NCBI GenBank assembly: GCA_963803145.1
Contig: CAWDLW010000013.1
Coordinates: 1 to 64,000 of the forward strand
Source of the DNA: Methanotrichaceae archaeon
GTDB lineage: Archaea; Halobacteriota; Methanosarcinia; Methanotrichales; Methanotrichaceae
Direction of reading: 5' to 3'
DNA length: 64,000 bases
Part shown: piece by piece, positions 53,195 through 61,070 of the stretch
Layout: every line of letters begins with the position of its first letter
Numbering within the stretch: position 1 is the first letter of the stretch
Made by a program: the position numbers and the translations under genes
Notes under the pieces: model-generated
The model's input: the letters and a program-made list of their open reading frames with translations, nothing else
The model's database searches: none
Told to the model about the DNA's origin: nothing

Positions 53195-54628
53195 TCAGAG
53201 CCCTATGCGTATATGCTTGATCTCCAAGTAGCTTTCCAGACCAAAATGTCCAAGCTCCCGCCCAAAGCCGCTCTGCTTCCAGCCTCCAAAGGGCGCTTGA
53301 AGATCCATAACGTTGTTCACATTCACACCCACGCCGCCTGACTCCAACCGCTCCGCCGCGTAGATTGCGCTCTTCAAACTATTTGTGAATATGTAAGCTG
53401 CAAGGCCGTATTCTGTATCGTTCGCAAGCCGGATAGCCTCATCCAGCGTCTCGAACCTCATTAAGGGTGCAACAGGGCCAAAGGTCTCCTCACGCATAAC
53501 TCTCATGCCGTGATTGACGCCTTCGAGAACTGTTGGCAGGAAAAAGAAGCCATTCTCATATTCCTCACCTTCAGGCTCATGGCCGCCACATAGCAGCTTT
53601 GCACCTTTTGAAATAGCATCATTAATGTGATCTTTTGTCTTCTGACGCTGTGCCTCGCTCGCCATAGGGCCAAGATCTATACCAGGATTTAGTCCATTGC
53701 CTATTTTTAGTTTCATAGTGCGCTCAACAAGCTTTGAGGTGAACTCCTCCGTTATCTTCTCTGCCACGTAAACTCGGTTTACGCTGACGCAAATCTGGCC
53801 CATGTTGGAGAATGCCCGCTGCGCGCAGGATGCCGCTGCCTTGTCCAGATCGGCATCCTCGCAGACTATAAAAGGAGATTGCCCACCAAGTTCAAGGGAT
53901 ATGCGCTTGATGTTTTTTGCTGCCTGCTCCATAATCCATCTTCCAGTCTTCGTCTCACCCGTGAATGCAATCTTGCGGCTGATGGGATTCTCTACAAGCT
54001 CTGCTCCAACCTCGCTACCGGGGCCATGGACGACGTTCACAACGCCCGCAGGAGCACCTGCATCACTCACCGCCTTCACAAGCTCTGTCGCAGCCAATGG
54101 TGCAAGACTTGGGGGTTTTGCGACGATTGTGCAGCCCGCTACGAGAGCCGGACCGACCTTCCAGGACAGGAGATCAACAGGGAAGTTCCAGGGAGTAATG
54201 AGCACTGCAACGCCGATGGGCTGACGGATGATGATGCTCCGGCTGCTTGAAGATGCGAGTTCCTCGCCAACATTGCGCTTGCCTTCTTCAGCATAATAGT
54301 CCAGAACATCCGCTGAGTGCAGGACCTCCCGCCTTGCATCCTTCAACGGCTTGCCCATTTCTATGGTCAAGAGACGGGCGATCTCATCTACGCGCTGGCG
54401 AACCAAGCTTGCGCTCGTATGCAAGATTTCGGCTCGCTTCTGGGGCGATGTCTCTGACCAGATGGGAAAAGCCTTTTGGGCAGCTTCCAGCGCAAGCCTC
54501 GCATCCTCGCGTGAACCAACTGAGACCTCTGCGACAGGCTCCTGGTTTGCAGGATTGCGAATGGTCTCAACTTTGCCGGAGAGAGCTTCCCTGAGCTCTC
54601 CGTTGATGAGCATTTTTGAGCGCAGCAT
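53195..54628 (-). CDS. NAD(P)-dependent aldehyde dehydrogenase (GabD/SSADH-like)
   Basis: ITPWNFP, FTGET, LELGG, NMGQICV (catalytic Cys), EETFGP, PFGGWKQSG.GRE. Confidence 0.92.
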   Translation of the reverse strand: MLRSKMLINGELREALSGKVETIRNPANQEPVAEVSVGSREDARLALEAAQKAFPIWSETSPQKRAEILHTSASLVRQRVDEIARLLTIEMGKPLKDARREVLHSADVLDYYAEEGKRNVGEELASSSSRSIIIRQPIGVAVLITPWNFPVDLLSWKVGPALVAGCTIVAKPPSLAPLAATELVKAVSDAGAPAGVVNVVHGPGSEVGAELVENPISRKIAFTGETKTGRWIMEQAAKNIKRISLELGGQSPFIVCEDADLDKAAASCAQRAFSNMGQICVSVNRVYVAEKITEEFTSKLVERTMKLKIGNGLNPGIDLGPMASEAQRQKTKDHINDAISKGAKLLCGGHEPEGEEYENGFFFLPTVLEGVNHGMRVMREETFGPVAPLMRFETLDEAIRLANDTEYGLAAYIFTNSLKSAIYAAERLESGGVGVNVNNVMDLQAPFGGWKQSGFGRELGHFGLESYLEIKHIRIGL

Positions 54629-54804
54629 AATGATACCTGATGGTTTCTTATTAAGCAATCCCAAATATAATAACCGTTCCCCGTATGCATCTCCTCCGAA
54701 GATACAGCTCGGCTAAATAAGTCCTTATTTCATCGCAAAAGTTCTTAAAGAAAACAATTAGAACAATAAAGTAGTAATAGAATGAAGAATTGGGGGTAAT
54801 ATAT

Positions 54805-55359
54805 ATGGTTGAATCCTTTGCTGCAGATATCGCTTCCTGGAATAATTTCTATATGCTTGCAGGCTCAGCAGCGGCAACCCTCCTTGGCCTGCTATTCGTC
54901 GCAGTATCTCTTCACATCGATATCATATCCAAAATAGGGAAATCTGGGGATGCGATGACATTCGCATTTCAGACCTTCGTAAATTTCTTGCTAATTCTAT
55001 CGTTTGCTTTTATATTCATGATTCCTAACCCAAGGCCCTCAGGGACGGGAGTTCCGCTTTTAATCTTAGGTCTATTAGAGCTATGGCGGACGGCAAGATT
55101 ATGGAAGAGTTTTGAGTTCGGAGGCAAAGAGGGACGAGTCCTGGATGCCTGGGAGTTTCGATTGAGGCTGCTTATTCCGAATACTGCATGCTATATGGCG
55201 CTAATTTTCATATCTGTAGAGCTTCTCTTCGGAAATACTGCCTACCTCAGCTGGATGGTGATGGTGATAATATGGCTCCTGATCGCTGCCTCACAGAGCG
55301 CATGGATCCTTATGCTGCGCCTAGCTGAAATAAGGCAGGAGCAGAAGGCAAACGGTTAG
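54805..55359 (+). CDS. Hypothetical multi-pass membrane protein
   Basis: WNNFYMLAGSAAATLLGLLFVAVSL and about five TM helices. Confidence 0.7.
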   Translation: MVESFAADIASWNNFYMLAGSAAATLLGLLFVAVSLHIDIISKIGKSGDAMTFAFQTFVNFLLILSFAFIFMIPNPRPSGTGVPLLILGLLELWRTARLWKSFEFGGKEGRVLDAWEFRLRLLIPNTACYMALIFISVELLFGNTAYLSWMVMVIIWLLIAASQSAWILMLRLAEIRQEQKANG

Positions 55360-55559
55360 ATTGCCTGGCTTAGGTTACAGAAATAACCATAGCAATTCGC
55401 TCCGATAATAGTTCAAGCTTCAAGTTAAAGCATGATTTTTAACTGGTTAGCAGTTATAACTGGTTGCATCTACGTCCAACTTAATTGACTCACTATCAAA
55501 ATATATGATGCCCTAAAACTCTGATAGGCATCTTTCCGACATAAACATTGGCTTAAATC

Positions 55560-56150
55560 TTATTTGACGATAGGCATCCCGGACTGCTGCCAGGCTTGAA
55601 CGCCGTCAAGGAGTACATATGCCTCACGGTTCCCGAAGAGTGTCAGCGCCATAGCCCCAAAGGCAGCTTCGGTATTTGTAGTGCCGTAGACTGCGATCCT
55701 CTTACTTGCAGGTATTGTGCCCATCATCGAGATGAGATTGCCGATAGGCACATTTATGGCATTCTGTATATGGCCCTCAGTATATACATCGGTGGGCCTT
55801 ATATCCACTACTACCCAATTGGTATCGATCTTCGTTTTATTGATAAATTCAGGAACGGTCAATGCGTAATACTCGCTGGCATCAACCCCGTTCAGGAAAT
55901 CGTTAGCTTTAGCCGTATAATCTGGAAAACCGTTTTTAAAGGTCTGATCGCCTGAGACCGATGACGATGCCGATGGTTTATCGCTCGTGCTCTGATAGAC
56001 ACTTTTGAATCCTTCAATGGATTGCTGCATTTCCTTTATTGCCGGGTCGGTGTAGACCATGCTTGGGCTGTTCGGATCAGACTGAGAATATGCTTGAATG
56101 GCTAGACAAAGTAGCATTACCGTGCACAATAGCATCTTTCCAAGTACCAT
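55560..56150 (-). CDS. Exported rhodanese-domain protein lacking the catalytic Cys
   Basis: Signal peptide; VVVDIRP..Y..GHI.NAINVP, LDGVQAW; active loop reads VYGTTNTE. Confidence 0.78.
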   Translation of the reverse strand: MVLGKMLLCTVMLLCLAIQAYSQSDPNSPSMVYTDPAIKEMQQSIEGFKSVYQSTSDKPSASSSVSGDQTFKNGFPDYTAKANDFLNGVDASEYYALTVPEFINKTKIDTNWVVVDIRPTDVYTEGHIQNAINVPIGNLISMMGTIPASKRIAVYGTTNTEAAFGAMALTLFGNREAYVLLDGVQAWQQSGMPIVK

Positions 56151-56340
56151 TTGATCACCTTAGCATTCAATTACTTTGAGGCATAGATAGGTATTACGGT
56201 AGAACGAAGAGTACTTTTCCACATAACTTCAGATATGTCCAAATGGATAATCGGATTTATATGAGTAGGTTAAAATGAAGATAGGTAACTGCCCTTCCTA
56301 TAACTCGTATCAAATCTATGGTTCCAATGATCCCTGCCAC

Positions 56341-56811
56341 TCATCTCCCATATGTCGCCATGGCTTCGCCTTGTTGGACAATATGTCCTCTCATAGCTTT
56401 CTCTAGACCAGTTCTATTCGAGCCCGGTCTCAGATCAAGCATGCTGTCTAGTCCATAGACACTAAGGAAATATCTATGTGGCTTGCCCGGCGGAGGACAG
56501 GGCCCAAAATACCCAATCGATTCTTCTGTGTTCAATCCTTGAACAGCTTCTATTGGCTTCGTTACATTTGCAGTTTTTGGGATTTTTCCTGGTATGACCT
56601 CTGTAGGCTTAATATTCCATATCACCCAATGTGTGAATGTTCCAGATGGCGCATCAGGATCGTCCAATATCATAGCAATCGATTTTACATTCATGGATTC
56701 TGCGTTCAGGCCGGTTAACTCGATCTTTGGTGATGCATCCCTGCCATCGCAGGTATATTCAGCAGGAAACTGGCTGAACCCAAGCTTTACTTCAAGATCG
56801 TTCTTGCTCAT
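56341..56811 (-). CDS. YbhB/YbcL (PEBP/RKIP-like) protein
   Basis: YTCDG...SP, DDPDAP, FTHW, Y.GPCPP..KPHRY; start at MSKNDL after GGAG. Confidence 0.9.
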   Translation of the reverse strand: MSKNDLEVKLGFSQFPAEYTCDGRDASPKIELTGLNAESMNVKSIAMILDDPDAPSGTFTHWVIWNIKPTEVIPGKIPKTANVTKPIEAVQGLNTEESIGYFGPCPPPGKPHRYFLSVYGLDSMLDLRPGSNRTGLEKAMRGHIVQQGEAMATYGR

Positions 56812-56924
56812 GCCATTCGATGCTCCTTGGCGGTAATTAATGTCAGGATAAATGCTGCAAAAGCCGTCCCTATAAGGAACTTCATATGCCATTATCTTCT
56901 TCAAAGATTATTAATTATTTTAAC

Positions 56925-57530
56925 GAATACCCCACAGCTTGCTGTGGGGATGGCAAACTAACAGGGGATTAATAAGGTATTTAGTTCTAGCAGGCGCTAT
57001 CTGAATTAATGCTGGAATTGCGGCATGCAAGCCATTGTGTTTACAGAATCAGATATCATATGGTGCTTTGTGTAAAATATAGAAAGAAATTACTTATCGA
57101 TCAGGAAAGGATAGACCTTTTTAAGAATGTATGTATTGAGATTGGTGAAAGATATTGTTTTGAATTTGATGCTATTGGGACAGATGGAGACCATGTCCAC
57201 GTTTTTGTTGGATCAGCGCCAAAATATGCGCCATCTAAGGTTATGCAAGTTATAAAAAGTATAACTGCAAGGCAAATTTTCAGAGCCTTTCCTGAAATCA
57301 GAAAACAACTTTGGGGTGGAGAGTTTTGGAGTGATGGTGGCTATATTGGTACCGTAGGTGAGGGTATAACTGCTGAAATTATAAGAAATTATATTGAAAG
57401 GCAAGGATCGATTGAGGAGAAAGAAAGCTATAATCAAATGAAGCTGTTTGAATTTGAATAAGCGGGGCTATTGCGGCGGCGCCTCGCATGCCCCGCAGCT
57501 TGCTGCGCGGGTGCGCCGCCGCAGTTTGAC
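56925..57530 (+). mobile_element. IS200/IS605-family element, TnpA only (ends approximate)
   Basis: Left hairpin CCCCACAGC-TT-GCTGTGGGG (56930-56949); related right hairpin CCCCGCAGC-TT-GCTGCGCGGG inside an 11-bp GC stem (57472-57523); no terminal IRs or target duplication. Confidence 0.88.
57009..57461 (+). CDS. tnpA: IS200-type Y1 HUH transposase
   Basis: YHMVLCVKYRK, DHVH (HUH), LWGGEFWSDGGY, IRNYIERQ (catalytic Tyr); AT-rich. Confidence 0.95.
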   Translation: MLELRHASHCVYRIRYHMVLCVKYRKKLLIDQERIDLFKNVCIEIGERYCFEFDAIGTDGDHVHVFVGSAPKYAPSKVMQVIKSITARQIFRAFPEIRKQLWGGEFWSDGGYIGTVGEGITAEIIRNYIERQGSIEEKESYNQMKLFEFE

Positions 57531-57639
57531 TTGCTATCAATTCTCTCAAAGATCCTATTAAGAAAGCTTTTTACATTGATGAGAGAAATGATTGGTCCCC
57601 AGGCGCCCAAAGGGTGAATGGCTGAATCAGGAGTGCATC

Positions 57640-58137
57640 ATGTCAAATACAGAGGAGTTTTTGAAGGAGGCTTTTGCGGGCGAATCCCAGGCTAACCGCA
57701 AGTATCAATTTTTTGCAGCCAAGGCAGATAAGGAGGGCTATCCTCAGGTTGCAAGGCTATTCAGAGCTGCATCTAAAGCAGAGGAGATACATGCTGCCAA
57801 TCATCTTAGAGCGATGAAGGGCATTCGCTCAACAAAAGAGAATTTGGAGGAGGCAATATCCGGCGAGGATCATGAGTATGAAAAGATGTACCCCGAGATG
57901 ATCCAGACTGCAAGGGCAGAGGGCAAGAAGGAAGCAGAGATGTCTTTCCTTTACGCCAATGAGGTCGAGAAAATCCATTCGCAGCTCTATCAGAAGCTTT
58001 TAGCAGATCTCGGAAAAACCAGCGAATCCTATCCTTACTATGTCTGCCCATACTGCGGCAATACTGTAGAGGGAGAGCCTCCAAAAGTCTGCCAAGTCTG
58101 CGGATGTAAGGCAGATCTTTTCATGAAAATTGAATGA
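57640..58137 (+). CDS. rbr: Rubrerythrin
   Basis: AFAGESQANRKY, EEIHA, GEDHEY..MYP, EKIH, CPYCG...CQVCG. Confidence 0.93.
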   Translation: MSNTEEFLKEAFAGESQANRKYQFFAAKADKEGYPQVARLFRAASKAEEIHAANHLRAMKGIRSTKENLEEAISGEDHEYEKMYPEMIQTARAEGKKEAEMSFLYANEVEKIHSQLYQKLLADLGKTSESYPYYVCPYCGNTVEGEPPKVCQVCGCKADLFMKIE

Positions 58138-58235
58138 ATAATTGAGCACAAATATTATTATTTTTTTATCATTTATTAAGCGACTGCTGGGCAAGTTCTC
58201 GTGGAGATTAAACTATAATCAGAGCCATCTAGCCC

Positions 58236-59828
58236 TCAAGCCCGTCCTTTTCCAAATACCTTTTTTAATAGGCCGCTGCCTCCTTTTTCATTTCCCTTTG
58301 GGCTCTTGAGACTTGGCTCAGGCTTCAGACCTTTCCTCGGTGCCTTTGTGGACGATGCTATATTCTTGGATACTGTGTCTTTTGATACAATCTGAGTGCT
58401 TACCCCTCCGTGCCTTGACTTCCTGGGCCGGATGTCCACTGTTATCGGCCGCTCTATCTCATTGCTCACAATCATTGCTACACCAGGCGGCAACCTTTTT
58501 ATCTCTTCCTCAAGCTCCGATGTCATGCCCTCTAGTCCCTTGGATAGGGCCTTGAGGTCATTTGGATTTGTAACTCTCATGATGATTTGTGTATTGCACT
58601 GAGAGATAACGTTCTTATCTACACGTGCAGGCCTCTGGCTTATTACCATCAGGCCAAGGCCGAACTTTCTGCCTTCAGCTGCTATTGTCCTGATGATATC
58701 AGTGCTTGCTGCACTGCCCGATCCCCGCTCTGGGATATAGTTGTGTGCCTCCTCTATAACGACCATTCCAGGAGCTATCAGCCTACGTTTCCTTGCCTCG
58801 AAGATCTCTGTAAGAAGCCTTGATACAATCATCGCCTGAATTTCGGGCACAACTCCTGTCATGTCTATAACTGATGCCTTGCCAGGTCGAAGGAGATCCT
58901 CTATCTGGGTAGCAGTGCCGGAGAAAAGCCCAATCTCCAGCAAAGATTCGAGCTGGCCTACAAGGTTCCACTTTACCTTTGATGTGCTTTTCACAACTTG
59001 ATCGATTATGTCCTCAAGGGTGTAAACATCAGTCTCTGCCTGAAGTGCGCTGATGGCCTCATAGAGCAGGCCGATTTGGCCGCTGGTCGACTCATGAGGA
59101 ATCATCTTGGCAACCTCACGGGCGCTGAGGTTGAGGCTGTTGAACCTGAACGGCCTGTCTGCCCTAGGATTGATGGACATTTCCGCGGGCGTATATATTG
59201 TGGCATTATAGCCTCGAGGCTTAACCTTATATCTGCCAAAATCGCCGACTTTATTCGGCTCCTTCATTGAAGCGTATTCGCCATGGGGGTCGATAATAAG
59301 CAGCGCTACATTTTTCTCGAGAAGCTCTTCAAGAATGACTCCGGCAGTATAAGATTTTCCACTTCCTGTTTTTGCGAGAACGCTACAATGCTTTTGTACA
59401 AGAGTATTGGCATCAAGCTCCACGCGGATATCATAGCCTCTCATGAGTCCGATATACATCTCGCCTTTCGATAGACCCAACGTGGCTTTAATCAGCTTTT
59501 CATCAGCCACAAAAACGGGGTCTCCAGGCCTCGCAGGGCTCATTGGCAAGTGCAGCTTGCCATTGCTTCCAATTCCTATAACCCGTGCCTCAGCTATCAT
59601 CAGCTCCTTGGCCTCATAGTCTCTAGGAGCGCCATTAAGCTGGCTCATACTGTAAGCTGTATTGGATCTTTTCACATCATCGATCTGCGCTAAAATCCAG
59701 TCCCTGCCGTCGGCCTTTACCTTGATGTATGTACCCCTTCCCACGTCTCCGCTAATTAAGAACTTGAACGCCAGAGGCGTAGTCTCTCCTACGATGGTGC
59801 CCACAGCGCCTTTAACTATCGACCGCAA
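58236..59828 (-). CDS. HerA/FtsK-family ATPase (DUF87) with N-terminal HAS barrel
   Basis: AKTGSGKS, IIDPHGEY, IEEAHNY, EGRKFG, SQRP, SQCNT; TTG start after GGTGA. Confidence 0.88.
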   Translation of the reverse strand: MRSIVKGAVGTIVGETTPLAFKFLISGDVGRGTYIKVKADGRDWILAQIDDVKRSNTAYSMSQLNGAPRDYEAKELMIAEARVIGIGSNGKLHLPMSPARPGDPVFVADEKLIKATLGLSKGEMYIGLMRGYDIRVELDANTLVQKHCSVLAKTGSGKSYTAGVILEELLEKNVALLIIDPHGEYASMKEPNKVGDFGRYKVKPRGYNATIYTPAEMSINPRADRPFRFNSLNLSAREVAKMIPHESTSGQIGLLYEAISALQAETDVYTLEDIIDQVVKSTSKVKWNLVGQLESLLEIGLFSGTATQIEDLLRPGKASVIDMTGVVPEIQAMIVSRLLTEIFEARKRRLIAPGMVVIEEAHNYIPERGSGSAASTDIIRTIAAEGRKFGLGLMVISQRPARVDKNVISQCNTQIIMRVTNPNDLKALSKGLEGMTSELEEEIKRLPPGVAMIVSNEIERPITVDIRPRKSRHGGVSTQIVSKDTVSKNIASSTKAPRKGLKPEPSLKSPKGNEKGGSGLLKKVFGKGRA

Positions 59829-60270
59829 TGATTATCACCGTTGAGGCAGGCTTCCCTGCTACTCCACTACAATACTTATTAGTTTCCTCTAAAAAGGGAG
59901 CTATCCTTCGGTAGAATATATCTATAATTCCCCATCGCCCTTCCTGCTACGTCCTTAATCTTTTATTTAGATCTAGAAGTATAAAAAGATTATCCATCGT
60001 CATATAGCTTTTTCCCATTTTCCTTTATTTTGTAAATCAAAAATCTGGAATATTCCCAAAATGATAACATGTTAACTAAATATTAAACAGTGAAAGGGCT
60101 TAATCAAAAGCTCGCATAAAAAGAGGTATTAGATGTGTGATCTGGCGATATCTCCTGGTAACAGTATTATGTTCCTAATGGTTTCTATCTATAACGGTTT
60201 TCCATCAATTATGATCCAGACGCTATTCACAAGTTTAAGTGATGATGACATAACCGGCGTAGAAAGAGGC

Positions 60271-60335
60271 ATCATAGGCTGATGTAATCGCTATCATAGG
60301 CTAATATGCCAATGTAATCGCTATGATAGCCTGAT
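60271..60335. promoter_or_regulatory. Tandem 18-bp repeats containing a CTAT-N-ATAG palindrome (candidate operators)
   Basis: ATGTAATCGCTATCATAG (60282-60299) and ATGTAATCGCTATGATAG (60312-60329), just upstream of TTTAAATA. Confidence 0.55.
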
Positions 60336-60401
60336 CTCATTTTAAATAGTAGCAATTATCTCTAGATAGTAATTCAGATCCAGGCTGCTAACAGGAGAAG
60401 C

Positions 60402-61046
60402 ATGACACGATGTTTTGAGGAAACATACGACATAAGCGTGATGTTGGGCGAAGAGAATGCCGTGTATCCAGGCGATATGCCCTATTCAAAGGAGACGACA
60501 TCCACAATTACAGCCGGAGCTAATTATAATCTATCAGCGCTCAAGCTTAGCGCCCATTCAGGCACCCATATTGATGCTCCCGCCCATTACATAAATGGTG
60601 CAAAAACGCTTGATATGTATCCATTAGAAAGATTTATTCTCTCAGCCAATATCATATTTATTGAGGATGATGAATCCATAAAATCAGATGTTTTGAGGCA
60701 TGCTGACATTAAAGAGGGTGAAGCCGTTCTTTTTAAGACATACAACTCCGTTAGCGGCCTTTGTAAAAGCGACATATTTTCAGAGAGGTTTGTCTATCTA
60801 TCTAATGAGGCCGCAAAACTTTGTGTTGATTTGGGCATAAGCCTAGTAGGAATAGATTATATTTCCATCGAGAGATACGGAGATAATGAAAGCCCAGTGC
60901 ACCACATGCTTCTTAAGAATGATGTGCTTATTCTTGAAGGTATAGACCTAAGTAGGATCACCCCGGGAAAATATATGCTTGTAGCATTGCCGCTGAGGAT
61001 TAAAGATGTAGAGGCAGCCCCTACAAGGGCAATACTACTGCGATGA
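60402..61046 (+). CDS. Cyclase family metal-dependent hydrolase (KynB-like)
   Basis: YPGD, HSGTHIDAPAH, VGIDYIS, VHH.LL, ILEG, ALPLRI...EAAPTRA. Confidence 0.9.
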   Translation: MTRCFEETYDISVMLGEENAVYPGDMPYSKETTSTITAGANYNLSALKLSAHSGTHIDAPAHYINGAKTLDMYPLERFILSANIIFIEDDESIKSDVLRHADIKEGEAVLFKTYNSVSGLCKSDIFSERFVYLSNEAAKLCVDLGISLVGIDYISIERYGDNESPVHHMLLKNDVLILEGIDLSRITPGKYMLVALPLRIKDVEAAPTRAILLR

Positions 61047-61070
61047 TTACTATGAGGATATGAGGAGCCT

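Noticed and set aside
57462-57639. tnpB/iscB or an omega-RNA downstream of tnpA
   Set aside because: The element ends about 70 nt after tnpA with no nuclease ORF; the hairpins are explained as IS ends
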